Assembly: GCA_965287045.1 (NCBI GenBank)
Contig: OZ336876.1
Span: 44,330,001 to 44,394,000 of the forward strand
Direction of reading: 5' to 3'
Origin: Carcharhinus amblyrhynchos
Taxonomy: Eukaryota
DNA length: 64,000 bases
Shown here piece after piece: positions 36,870 to 49,030 of this stretch. Numbering within the stretch: position 1 is the stretch's first letter; each line of letters opens with the position of its first letter. The translations under genes were made by a program, and so were the position numbers. A model generated the notes under the pieces. That model was not told where the DNA came from and searched no databases. It worked only from the letters and a program-made list of their open reading frames with translations.

Positions 36870-37180
36870 TATGGGAGTAGCTTCTGCAGCTCTACCTTGG
36901 AGCTCTGATGTGAACAATCTATGCAGCAGCAAGAACAAAACCAACAGCAGCAGCAGCAGCACCAACCGCTTTCTCCTCAACTACATGTCTCTCCACAGGG
37001 TGGATGAGATGGCCACAGAGAGCCAGTCAAAGAAGGCAAGACCTCCAGGACTGGGACTACAGGCAGAGGGTTAGTACTCTCATCATGTGCAAGCATTGCC
37101 TCAGGAGATTCTCATCACAAATTGTTGCTGATACCTGCAACCTTCTGGAATAAGACCAACATCCTAATAGTCCAATTGGT
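36870..37180 (+). mobile_element. Harbinger transposase N-terminal relic
   Basis: RQRVSTLIMCKHCLRRFSSQIVADTCNLLE*DQHPNSP resembles QCLRRLRLSRQVVADIC.LL..DL.P. Confidence 0.6.
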
Positions 37181-37448
37181 CTTTTCAATTGGCTACTTAG
37201 GTATTGTTCATTGGACACAATGAACCGCTGCCCCCTCACCCTGCCTAATACCTACCCTGATTCCACCCCCTCCCATCCCCCAATTTCCATTCTTAATGCT
37301 TCCTGCTTCTTTGCCTCTCTTGTGTTGTTGTATTTCTTTGTCTTGCGAGGGAAGACAGCACAGTGTTGTGTGAATGAGAAGTGGATTGTGTGAAGAGGAG
37401 CAAAGGATAATAATTGTCGATGATGCCTGTGAGACATGGAATGAAATG

Positions 37449-37790
37449 CTAAGAAGGTGACGGTGAGTGTGTGTGCTGACTTTTCAGGTGTGAAGATCCT
37501 GGTGAGAGAGGGATGAGTGGAGCTTCAAGGCGCGTTGTCCTGAAGAATTCTGTGTAAGAATGCCAGGAATGCTGAGGCTCATCATCTGGAAGTGTTACGC
37601 TGCTCTTCTTTCCCTGATGCCCTGAATCTCTGTGGTGCACTTCGTCTAGGTTTCCACTTCTGCTACTGACTTCCTCAGGCGCTTCTATCCATGCTGACAT
37701 GGTTTGAGAGGCTGGCCTCTTCATTGTGGGAATCATCCCATTTCAGCCTCCATGTCCTGTAGCAGGACCTTCAGGAAAGAACAAAAGAGT
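37449..37790 (-). mobile_element. Harbinger Myb/SANT-like partner gene relic
   Basis: LKVLLQDMEAE...KRPASQTMSAWIEAPEEVSSRS resembles the Myb/SANT trihelix AW.EVAEEV; convergent with the transposase relic. Confidence 0.6.
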
Positions 37791-38524
37791 TCAAGGTGGC
37801 AATGGAAGGCAGAGGCAGTGGCAGCCTACCCAGTTCTCCTCTCTATTCCTGTGGCTTTTGTAGTTTATGAATTCAATGCACAGTTCAATAATCCTAGCCC
37901 TTACTGTGGTTCCTTTAACTAGAAATCCTTCCTTTAGACAGATGTGTTGTGTTATCCCACATAATATTGATATTAAATGGATTTATTATACAGCACGGTG
38001 TAACATTTAAACCAGTGATCCCACCACCCACTGTGTTTAGAATCCTGCAGGTATAAAAATGCAGTCTGTTCGACAGATTTTCTCTGGAGACTAGTTAATC
38101 TCAGAATACTGGCATTTATTTAGAACTTCTCAAATTCTGAGCTCCCTATCCCACAATAAATAAAGCTGCAATAGCTGGAAGCAATGTCTGAACGCATAAG
38201 AAAATGACTCTAATATTGCAATCCTTCTACTACAGTACAGTTCTTGCTGAAGTTCTGCTACAAAACTGTTTATATCATGGGGAGGCCCTCCTGAGTAGTA
38301 TAGTGCTACCGATGTCATGAATATAATTTAACACTTTTGAAGTTTCAAGCTGACAGTTGTACTGCGTGATGATTTTTGACACTGGAGCAAACTGCCAGCT
38401 CCAGAGACCCAACTGAACATTGAAATGTCATTACATAATCAAAAAAATGGTGATAAATGAGAGTGCAATAAAGAATTGACTTATTGCATAGGCTGTTAGT
38501 CTCGAACAAAGATAAGAAATATTG

Positions 38525-39190
38525 ACCCAGGTCTTATGGTATCCGGCGGGTCATAATCTGGAAGACACGCTGGGAGACCACTCAGACATTCCAATGCAAG
38601 GACTCAGCAGGACTGTCCTGAAATTTTAACCTTGTATGGGGCAATTAACCTGCGTCTGGAACCTGCTGAAACTCTCCACTAAAGACTTTGGATGATTCTA
38701 ACTTACTTATCGGACTAGTTACCAAAGAAAAGTTAAAAGGCTCAAAACCAGTTTAACACCTTGGTAACTAGACTACTGACTTTCCACTGCACCCCACAAC
38801 CAACACCCACCTCTTGAATACTCTCTCATGCCTGACTTCCCCTTCTTTCCGACTACCCACGCAACAAATAACTCCACCCCCAACTACCCTCCAACCACTA
38901 GACTAACCTTCTGACCTTCCTTGGCCCAAAAGACCACTCCATGGCTTCTCAGAGTGGCTTTGGGATATTCAAATTTATCTAATATGACGGTTGGTGCCAT
39001 AAAGTGGGATGTGGCTTGGCTTCTGCCCATGTTCCTAGACTAGAAGGAAGGAATCCCAGAGCACACACATTCTACATTTCTAAGGAGGCTCTGTTGAGAG
39101 GTGAGAAATCAGGAACTCCAGTGCAAATGAAGTAAAACAGAGTGGAGAGGCAATCTGACAGTGATGGCCACTCCTCAAATGATTTGGCCA
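38525..39190. mobile_element. Harbinger-type non-autonomous element
   Basis: Body resembles 14916-15180 plus 18670-19190; ends ...gatttggcc. Confidence 0.45.
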
Positions 39191-39347
39191 TCATTTTCAT
39201 TGCTCATTCCTAATTTCCTTGAGAAGTTGGTGGTTAGCCATCTTTTTTAACCTAAAGGCAGTCCATGTGGTGTAGGTACACTTAGAGTGCTGTTTGGGAG
39301 TAAGTTCCAGGATTTTGACGCAGTGAAAGTGAAGGAACAATGACATA

Positions 39348-41119
39348 GGGCCCAATTTTACCATGAAGCAGTGGAGGCTACCTCACTAAATATATTTAAG
39401 TCACGGGTAGATAGGTTTCTGACAGACAGGGGAATTAAGGGTTATTGGGAGAAAGCAGGAAAGTGGAACTGATCCACTTCAGATCAGCCATGATCTTATT
39501 GAATGGCGGGGTAGGCTCAAAGGGCTAGATGGCCTACTCCTGCTCCTATTTCTTATGTTCTTATGTTCTTATGTAAGTCCTGTATACTCAGGCTGGGCAG
39601 TTCATCAAATTTAACTTGAACCAGGCCCATTACGAAGCCCAGGCTGCAGGATTCACAGCCATTGCAGGGTTGCCTACATACAGGGAGCCACCGACAGTGT
39701 CTACATTACCCTCAAGGCCCCCTACAGAATCCACAGAGATTTATTAACAGAAGGGGATTCCACTCACTGAATGTTCAACTAGCGTGCGACCATAATATGA
39801 ACATCATGCACATCCGCACTAGACATCCAGGCAGCGTGCATGACAGTTGCATTGTCAGAAGCTCTGATATCTTGCAGGCATTTGAGGAGGAGCCCAGGCT
39901 GCAGGGTGGCTCATGGGTGATATGGGTTACCCACTTCGGACATGGTTGGTGACGCCTGTGTGGAGTCCTGTGTCTGAGGCAGAGACCCATTGCAATGAGG
40001 CCCATGTAGCCACCCACATGATCGTGGAGAGGGGCATTGGGCTCATCAAAATGTGATTCTGGTGTCTGAATCTATCTGGCGGGACCCTCCAATACAGTCC
40101 AGTGATCCCTTAGCGCAAAGTGGTTGTGTGCTGTGCCTTGCACAACCTGGCTCTGCAGAGAGGTGATCTATTGGAGGGAGAGGAGGACAACGACATGGAG
40201 GCTGACCAGCCGGATATTGCTGTGGAGAATGATCAGCAGGAGGGGGAGATAGTTGAGGAGAAGGAGGAAGAAGAGGAAGAGCACACCTTGGAACACTATC
40301 CAGGCACTGGAGAGCTGGCAGCTCAAATGAGACATGTGAGGGTGGCAAGAGAGGCCCTGATCAGTAGGCGGTTTAGGTGCTAGAGGTTTGTGCCCCCCCC
40401 ACCTCCAAAATTCCTTCTATCTCCTGCAATATTGTCACACCAGAGTGGTGAGCATGGGTACTCTGTGTCAGTGAGTTTTCTGGCAGGCAGGAGAATGATG
40501 ACAACTCACTAAACTATTATGATGATGCCCTGGTGCAAACTAGTCTGACTTCTACCTGAGCTCCGCATGCACGCTGGCACGTAGGTCCACATCTGAGTAG
40601 TGAGTAAGGGATCTGAAACCCCCCCTACAGGGTCCTGTGGCAGGTGGGGTGGGGGACGGGAGGGAATTGCGTGTGGGTTCTGGAGAACCAATAGCTTCTG
40701 AGGTCAGTGGGAGGGGAAGGGGATTCCGCTGCCACTCTGCCTGTGATCGGTGGAGGGGAAGGGGAAGGGGCCCACAATCAGTCTGGATGACGGGGGTGAG
40801 GGAGGATAAGGGGGTCATTAATATTGTGGAGGTGGGGCACTATCTGTGTGGGCCAGGGGAGGCATCATCTGGCCCGGGAGGTATGTGACAGAGGAGCGTT
40901 ATTCTATCATTTTTTTCTCACATGTATAGTTGGATGTATCGATCTGAGCTGCGGGGTTTTGGGTGTGTTAAGCCTCACCCACAGGCTTGTGCAGCACGAT
41001 TCAGAATTGCTGATATTTTTGCAGGCAGATTGTGTATGGGGCGCCTGAGTACGGATCTAAAATTGAAACACTCCCAGTTTCAAGCCCAGCACTAAGAATT
41101 AAAATGTAAAATAAGACCC
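39348..41119 (+). mobile_element. PIF/Harbinger DNA transposon, internally deleted, with transposase C-terminal half (39580-40383)
   Basis: Ends gggcccaattttaccat and atgtaaaataagaccc; TSD ata/ata; FINRRGFHSLNVQLACDH, RHPGSVHDS, WLMGDMGYPL..WLVTP, VERGIGLIK, CCALHN, acidic tail. Confidence 0.92.
39365..39573 (+). mobile_element. CR1 3' end inserted just inside the Harbinger terminus
   Basis: gtggaggctacctcactaaatat...(ttcttatg)3; related to the 5735-6258 subfamily. Confidence 0.9.
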
Positions 41120-41671
41120 ATAGTTTCAAATCAGTGTGTGTCTTGGTGGAGAACTTGTGGATAGTGGTGTTCTTGTCCTTGGTGGTAGAGGGCTTGGAAG
41201 ATGATGTTGGAGCTGCCTTGCTGAATTGCTGCCATAAATCTTGTAGATGATACACACTGCTGCCACACTGTGTCAGTGGTGGAGGATTAGAAACTGGAGG
41301 TGGCGGATGAGGTTCCAAACACATGGGCTGCTCTGAATGGCGTTGAGCCTTTTGAGTGTTGTTGGAGTTGCACCCACCCTGGCAAGTGGAAAGTATTCCA
41401 TCACATTCCTGACTTGTGCCTTGTAGATGGTGGGCAGGATTTGGGGTGTCAGGAGGTGAATTACTTACCACAGAATCTCCAAAGCTCTGATTTGTTCTTG
41501 TAGCCAGCCAAGTTTTTAAGGTCTAACTGCTGACAGGCCAGATTACCCTTAAATCAGGTGATAGGCATATTTAAAGTGTTAATTAGAGTCATTTGATGCA
41601 TACCAGAACAGAGCTTGTTATTTCTGGACTAAACTGTTGGATTTTAAGGGGTAATTTAAAGCATAAAAGAA

Positions 41672-41990
41672 AGGAAGGTGATAGCGTAGTGGTAATACCT
41701 CCAGACTAGTCATCCAGAGCCCTAGGCTAATGTGCTGGGGGCACAGGTTCAAATCCCACTCTATCCACTATGGAGTTTAACTTCAATTAATAAAACATTG
41801 AAAATAACTGTTGTAAAAAAAAATTCACTGCTAACTTCTCAGGGGCAATTGGGAATGAGCAATAAAATTGCTCTTGAACTGAATTGTTTGTTCAGCCATT
41901 TCAGAGGCAAGCTTTCTGTGGATCTGGAGTCAGATTTAGGCCAGAGCAAGTAAGGATGGCAGATTTCCTTCCCTAAAGGGCATTTTCTTT
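41672..41990 (+). mobile_element. tRNA-derived SINE fragments
   Basis: ggaaggtgatagcgtagtggtaat...ggttcaaatccc, followed by an inverted piece. Confidence 0.6.
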
Positions 41991-42659
41991 TGTCCCTTTC
42001 CTAGAAATATCAAGTCAATGTGCAGAGTGGACAGGGCAACCCATATTCCACCTCCCTGCTCCAAAAATCAGTTCAATCCATGGCATCCAGACAAGGGACA
42101 TACCCAATGCCATCTCACACACACTTCAGCTGATCTTAGCAAAACACCAGAGAATGATACCAGATTGATTTTTCTGACAATTGATGCTTATTTCACGGTC
42201 ACTGTTACTGAAAGGATAATCAGGCATGGGTAATTAGGCACCAGCAACAAATGGGAGCTTTGCCAGTGGCATCCACAGCTCCTCAAGGAACTATAAAGAA
42301 ATGGAAATTGAATTGGTAGAGGGGCTTAAGGAAAAAATTCCTGAGAATGGAACCGAGCTGGCTGTTTGAGCTGAAGGGACAAGGTGAAACAAAGGAAGAT
42401 GGATCCAGAGTCCTGGAAGTTGTAGAGTGAGAGGATATTACCAAAATGGTGAGAGGAAGCTATGGAGGACTTTAAAGATGAAAATTTTAAATTCATTGTA
42501 AGAATTCCCAGGTTTAGAGGCCACAGATACCTAAATAATCAATCAACTAGTTATTGGTAATTGTTTGATGGTTTATTAAGTTTATTAAGAAACTACAGAT
42601 ATGTATCAACTAATTAGACAAAAAAAAAAATCCATAACGGCTTGCGATAACCACATTCT

Positions 42660-44030
42660 GCTCCCTAGTGAAAATATTTGGAAACTCTTCCCTCGATGCT
42701 TCAATCTTCCTTCTCTTCCTTCTCCTCTTCTGATCCATCTTCCATTGGACAAAGGCAGCTGCCACCTCCATAGCACCTCAGTTATTTTTGACCCATAACA
42801 CTACATCCCCCCCGTGCCTGAGCATTTGTTAATATGTTCTTTTGCTGAGGGCTGGTAGCTTACCTGATGCTGATCATCTATTCAAACAATTCAAACCAAT
42901 GGATACAGTTCAAGTATCCAAACTGTCAGGACGGTTACCATGCTTCCTGTTGGCATCCTGCTTGTGGTCAGCTTTGTCGGTAACATCATGTTGGGATCAT
43001 TATCCTGGTCTTTTCTAAACACCCGCCTTGATAAGGTGGTAATAGCTAAGGAATGTCAACATGGCAGCCTGAACTAAAGCTGTTTGTAGGTCAAAGTGTT
43101 CAGAAATCTTCTTTCTTCAGAGAGAATAAATTCTGTTTACCGAATCCTATATTGTACAGAACATACCTGTTTATACGTGACTCCAATTGCACATATCATG
43201 AATGCATGAGCTTTCAATCAGACGATCATTAATCTGAATATCTCCTCCAGGATACGCTGCAAAGCTCCTCCTGAATGATTCAGGTAGGGAATCTAATGTT
43301 TGAACACACTGACTGCTCGACTGCCTTTCAAATTGTGGCATCATTAATTTAGGTCAGTTCTGTAGCTGTAGCTGGTTGCATAGATATCTAACAGGAGTCA
43401 TAAGCCAAGCCTGAAAGTTTGGAAGCTGTCGGCCTGTAACCTGCAGGTCTGGTTGCAATGAAGGCAACACCTCGGATTGCTGCAGAAGGATTCCTTCATA
43501 ATGGCAACAAGAAATTGCGCGCAGGCCAGCACGGCACATTGTATGATGACGTATTGGTAGAGTTGTAGTCTTTTCAGTAAGATACTTGGCATCCTTCTGA
43601 AGTGAACACATTAGCTAATGAGGGCGCACACTATGCTATTTTCCATCTTGTGGAAGTATATGCAGACAAAACCTTGGGCTCCCTTGTCCTGTTTTACATT
43701 CCCTGTAAGAAAAGAAAATCTGTTGTTCCTCCTGCTACAGAGAGCCATGGTGGTCTCTCTGATACAATTGACTAGAAATTAATAAGTGTCACTGAGGAAA
43801 CCTGCTGCAGTCTTAAAGAAACCAGTTGCGTAAATGTTAAGAGCCATGTTGACCTTGGCATCCAGAGATATACAGGCAACGCTACCAAGTTCTGATTTGA
43901 AGTGGCTGCTTCAGGTGACAAATTTGTATGGGAAGCTTTTGCTGAGGTAAAACTGCCTGATACATTGCATCTTAGTGAAGGTGTACTCGCAAAAATTCCC
44001 CTATAAAACCAGGTGTGACAAAGGGCTCCA
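42660..44030 (-). mobile_element. Ancient Harbinger transposase relic
   Basis: Minus strand across frameshifts: DAKVNMALNIYATGFFKTAAG, CIRETTMALCSRRN, AQGFVCI, CCHYEGILLQQS, FQAWLMTPVR, LNHSGGALQRILEEIFRLMIV; purine-rich acidic tail near 42700-42730. Confidence 0.8.
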
Positions 44031-44389
44031 TGTGCAATTAAAAGTGTTAATAATCACACAAGTTTAAAAATCTGACAGGCTGAAAAGGAAGTTCTTCTTA
44101 TAAGAGCCTTCACAGACAGATACCAAGGCCATTAGTTTGGAAAAATACATAAATCAGACATCTGTAACTGGGAGTAAGCTACAGATACAGAAACGAGCTG
44201 TACTATGGAGGTTTCATGCTGATTGGATATTATAATGAAGCAAACATCAAGTGATTGTGATTGCTTTATGCTAATTACTTGTAATCGATTTTGAAAACTT
44301 CAATTGCCTTTGTATCTTGGAATACACCACTCTGGCTAGCCCCAGGGATGTGAACTGTAGCTCCCCAGTGTCCTTGCTATAGCTTGTAT

Positions 44390-46115
44390 TAAAGAACATA
44401 AGAACATAAGAAATAGGAGCAGGAGTAGGCCATCTAGCCCTTCGAGCCTGCCCCGCCATTCAATAAGATCATGGCTGATCTGTCGCTGCTCAGTTCCACT
44501 TTCCCGCCCTCTCCCCATAACCCTTAATCCCCTCTCTTATCAAAAACCCATCAACCCGCGTCTTAAAAATATTTAGCGAGGCAGCCTCCACCACTTCAAC
44601 GGGCAGAGAATTCCAGAGATTCACCACCCTTTGAGTGAAGAAGTTCCTCCTCAACTCCGTTCTAAACCGCCCCCCCTTTTATCTTGAGGCTGTGCCCCCT
44701 AGTCCTACTGTCTTTTTTGAGCGGGAAGAGTCTCTCCACCTCTATCCTATCCATCCCATTCATCATCTCATACGTCTCAATGAGATCTCCCCTCATTCTT
44801 CTAAACTCTAACGAGTACAAGCCTAGTTTATTCAGCCTCTCCTCATAGCTCAACCCCCTCAACTCCGGTATCAGCCTAGTAAACCTCCTCTGCAGTCCCT
44901 CCAAGGCCAAAATATCTTTGCGCAGGTGCGGCGCCCAAAACTGCACACAGTACTCCAGCTGTGGCCTCACCAATGCCCTATACAGCTGCAGCAAGACCTC
45001 CCTACTTTTATATTCAATCCCCCTCGCGATGAAGGCCAGCATCCCATTCGCCTTCCTGACCACCTGCTGCACCTGCAAGCTGGGTTTTTGCGACTCATGC
45101 ACAAGGACCCCGAGGTCCCTCTGCACCGTCGCCTGCTGCAGTTTTTCGCCATGTAAGTAATAGTCCTTCCTACCATTATTCCTACCAAAGTGGACCACCT
45201 CACACTTGCCAACATTAAATTCCATTTGCCATTTCCTGGCCCATTCGCCCAGCCTATCTAGATCCTTCTGCAGACTCTCCACACCCTCCGCACAATTTGC
45301 CGTTCCCCCAATCTTGGTGTCATCAGCAAATTTCGACACCCTACACTCGGTTCCCTCCTCCAGATCATCTATATAAATGGTAAAAAGCTGAGGCCCCAGC
45401 ACCGACCCCTGGGGCACTCCACTAGTCACCATCCGCCAATCCGAATAGCACCCGTTGACCCCCACTCTCTGCCTCCTATTTGACAACCAATCCTCTATCC
45501 ACGCTAACACCCTATCCCCAACTCCATGTCCCTCGACCTTCTGCAATAACCTCTTGTGAGGTACTTTGTCAAACGCCTTCTGAAAATCAAGAAAGACCAC
45601 ATCTACCGGCTCTCCTCTATCCACCGCCCTAGACACATCCTCATAGAACTCCAGTAAATTTGTCAGACACGACTTCCCTTTAATGAAACCGTGCTGCGTC
45701 TGCTCTATCAAGCAATTCCCTTCAAGGTGCCTCGCAATTTCCTCCTTAATGACAGATTCTAACATTTTACCTACCACAGACGTTAAACTAACCGGCCTAT
45801 AATTCCCCGCCTTTTGCCTGGCACCCTTCTTAAACAACGGCGTAACATTAGCCGTTTTCCAATCATCCGGCACTTCCCCGGAATCCAGCGACGTTTGGAA
45901 AATAACCACCAAGGCATCCACTATCACCTCCGCCGTTTCTTTCAGAACCCTCGGATGCATTCCATCCGGTCCTGGGGACTTGTCCACAATCAGCCCCTCC
46001 AGTCTGTCGAGCACCGCCTCTCTAGTAACAGTAATGTCATTAAGACCCTCCAGTCCTACCACCTTTCCATCGTTAACACCCGGCAAATTATTCACGTCCT
46101 CCTCCGTGAAAACTC
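44390..46115 (-). mobile_element. Young CR1 LINE, 5'-truncated
   Basis: CpG-rich RT region, (ttcttatg)n tail, possible TSD tatta at 44387-91 and 46116-20. Confidence 0.95.
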
Positions 46116-46200
46116 TATTACTTATCTGGTTACTCAAAGGATTGTGATCAATTAAAAGGCTGACATCAAAGTTCGCAACAATAATGCTGCCCTCATCCAT
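44662..46200 (-). CDS. CR1 ORF2 RT fragment; first ~28 codons are read-in from flank, C-terminus frameshifted
   Basis: KSPGPDGMHP, NYRPVSLTS, DFQKAFD, GVPQGSVLGP, KFADD; an extra A in ataaaaggggggg truncates the GGRFRT... tail seen in the 5740 copy. Confidence 0.9.
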   Translation of the reverse strand: MDEGSIIVANFDVSLLIDHNPLSNQISNRVFTEEDVNNLPGVNDGKVVGLEGLNDITVTREAVLDRLEGLIVDKSPGPDGMHPRVLKETAEVIVDALVVIFQTSLDSGEVPDDWKTANVTPLFKKGARQKAGNYRPVSLTSVVGKMLESVIKEEIARHLEGNCLIEQTQHGFIKGKSCLTNLLEFYEDVSRAVDRGEPVDVVFLDFQKAFDKVPHKRLLQKVEGHGVGDRVLAWIEDWLSNRRQRVGVNGCYSDWRMVTSGVPQGSVLGPQLFTIYIDDLEEGTECRVSKFADDTKIGGTANCAEGVESLQKDLDRLGEWARKWQMEFNVGKCEVVHFGRNNGRKDYYLHGEKLQQATVQRDLGVLVHESQKPSLQVQQVVRKANGMLAFIARGIEYKSREVLLQLYRALVRPQLEYCVQFWAPHLRKDILALEGLQRRFTRLIPELRGLSYEERLNKLGLYSLEFRRMRGDLIETYEMMNGMDRIEVERLFPLKKDSRTRGHSLKIKGGAV

Positions 46201-46872
46201 TTTGTCCCAACTGTTCCTGTTCTCTACAGTCTTCTTGTCATATCACCTGGTCCTCCTAAAGAAAAGTCTGGTCAGTTCTCTAATGGATACGTGAACACAA
46301 TGCCAGAATTATACCTGTGCAACTAGTGGGCCCTAATGTCTATGGCAATGCAACATTTCCTCAGTGCTACTTTGAAATGTCTGCTTAGTTCATACATACA
46401 AATCCATAGTGGGAATTCAACCCACAAACTAGCAACTCAGATGAGACCAAGGTGGCCAAGCTCTGATTATTATATATCGTGATGATTCCAACCAGGATGA
46501 AGTAACAAGTAATACGTAGATAATTGAAAGTTTTACTCTTTGGCTACTCATATTAAGGGAGGAGCCATCTTTGGTAAGACTGTTATGATAGGAATTTATC
46601 CATATTTGCAGAACTGCTTAACTGGTAACATACTAAGCTATTTTTTAAAAGAAATATACACACACCACTCTGGTTAGTCTTCTCTCTCAGTCTCACTCCT
46701 TATCTTTTAAAACTATTAATAGATCGGATGACTTGAGATCAAAGAAGAAACTTTAGGCTGGAAACTATACATTAAAGCCAAATATAATAATGTATACTTT
46801 TGCATCAAAATTAATACTTAAAGGATAAGTGTATTATTTAATAAGATAGATTTTGCATCATTTTCACATTGT

Positions 46873-46999
46873 GGGAGGAACTTTTTGGCTGCACTCATCC
46901 TGAAACCAGAAAGTCATGCCCAAGGTCAACAGACCTTTCCATGGTCCACCCCTTGCCCACTACTATTCCCGTGGTGGGTGGAAAGGGTAAATTCCACCC
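46873..46999. mobile_element. 127-bp MITE
   Basis: Ends gggaggaacttt and taaattccaccc; TSD tgt at 46870-72 and 47000-02. Confidence 0.65.
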
Positions 47000-47534
47000 T
47001 GTGTGTTTGCAATCAAGTGAAAAGCATTCGTCATGCAACCATGATGATCATGCCCCTCTTAAGAAGCACTTCATTAAGTAAAATAACTTGATTATTCTTC
47101 TTGATTACAACGTCACATTGAATAAAAAAAATGATGAAAAGTCAATAATTACAGCTTTTCTTCAACCTTCGCTAATAAATACTGTTATGTATATATTTTA
47201 TGTTAATTTATTCATTATAATAAATTTATTCAGTTCAGACTCTTTATAAAATTGCTCCATCACTTGACTAGCTAACCTTTCATTATCAGTGCATTTTGTA
47301 GTTGAAATATTCTGCTCCATCTTTCAAGATACAGCATGCCACAAAAGAGCTGCCTTGTGTTCTGAGGTTTGGATTGGAAACTGATCCTATCTATTGTAAA
47401 TTATAGATGGAGCAGAACAACAGAAACCTGTCTCAACTACGCTAAAAATTCATTCTGTAATATACCATTTGATATATAACACATCATTCTTCTTCTTCTA
47501 ACTCTCAGAGTTGGGTGAAACAGTGCCCTTAATA

Positions 47535-49030
47535 ATCAAAGGGCATTGTCTCAGAATAAGAAGGTGCTCATTTAAGATAGATTTGAAGAAGAATTTCTTC
47601 TCTCGAAGGTTAGTGAATCTTTGGAGTTCTTTAAGACAGGAAGCTGTGAAGGCCAATTTCTTGAATATTTTCAAGATGTAATCAGCAAGGAATTAAGCTT
47701 TGAGGAGATATGGACAGGAACGTGGACTTACTAGCTTCAGAGCTCTTGACTACTTTTGTAGCTATTGTATTTATGTGGCTCGTCCAGTTGGGTTACAGGC
47801 CTGTGGTGACTCCAGGATGTTGATAGTGTGGGATTCAGCAATGCTAACGCTATTAGTTGGCAAGGAGAGTCAGTTAGATCTTCACATATTGGAGATGGTC
47901 ATTGCCTGGCATTTGTGTAGTGTGAATGTTACTTGACATCTCATCTCTGGATTTTAGTTCTTTTCTTCATGCTTGTACCAAGGCTATTTGCCCTGTTAGA
48001 ACCCAAACTGAGCATGTTTGACCATATTAGTAGTAAGTAATTTCATTTTGATGGGACAGTCAACAATTATTTAGTTGTGATATCATTTAACTCTGTCTTT
48101 AGCACGTGGTTTCCATTGTTTAATTTGTATGTAGCCCTGTATTTCAGGTAATTCATCTTTAGGTATACTGGCTATTGCTTCTGGCATGTTCTCCTCCAGG
48201 CAAACCATAGTTGATTTCCTGCTTGATGCCGATGGCAGTGTGAGGGATATATTGGACCATGAAGTTACAGATTACATTTGAATACAATCTCACTGCTGCT
48301 TATGGCACACAGTTTGTTGTGGATGCTCAATTTTGAGCTACTAGATCTGTTCAAAATCATGCTGATGTTCTCAGCATGAAGATGTGACCAAAAAAAGTCC
48401 AGAAGGACTTTGTGGTGGTCAATCCTACCAATGCTATTGTGGCAGTTACATCTGTGACAGGTAGATTGGGGGAGGAACAAGTGAGATCTTGCTTCAATGG
48501 TGTGGAAGCTTTCTTAGACCATACCTGGAGTACCACTGTGCAATTTTGGTTCACTTACATCAGATACTATTGCTATTGGGGGAGTGCAATAAAGATTCAT
48601 TAGACTTATTCCATGGATGGGGGACTGTTGCATGAAAAGTGATGCTAAACCTGGCCTGTATCCTCTAGAGTTTTAAAGAATGAGAAGTGATCTAATTAAA
48701 ACCTACAAAATACTTAAAGGACTAGACAGAGTAAATGCAGCTAAGATGTTTCCTTTGGTTGGGGAAGCTAGAACCGGGGGCACAATTTCACATTAAGGGG
48801 AAAGATGAGAAGAATTTTTTTTACACAAAATCTTTGGAGTTTTCTATCCCAGAGGGCTGTGGGAGTATGTTCATTGAGTATGTTTAAGGTAGAGATTGAT
48901 AGATTTCTGATTAGTAATAATGTAAAAAGCTTTGGGAGTAGTTTGGACAAAAGCCATTGATGTGTTTGATCAGCCATGATCATATTGAATAGTGAAGGAG
49001 GCTCAGTTGGCTGAATGTTCCTTTCTTCCT
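47535..49030. mobile_element. Cluster of old LINE fragments: CR1 (+) 47535-47720, divergent LINE (-) 47740-48480, CR1 (+) 48510-49030
   Basis: Degenerate motifs LDHTWSTTVQFW, RSDLIKTYKILKGLDRV and ggagatggtcattgcctggc. Confidence 0.65.

Larger units (their letters stand above)
39200..41510 (-). mobile_element. Divergent CR1-group LINE fragment split by a Harbinger element
   Basis: gaaggaacaatgacata|insert|gtttcaaatcag; minus strand 41300-41440 encodes degenerate YKAQVRNVMEYFPLARVGATPTTLKRL. Confidence 0.7.

Noticed and set aside
39580-40383. Host HARBI1 gene
   Set aside because: Stops and frameshifts, missing N-terminus, enclosed by TIRs and a TSD
43166-43703. Protein-coding host exon bounded by strong AG/GT
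   Set aside because: Stops in all frames; sequence is explained as Harbinger transposase relic
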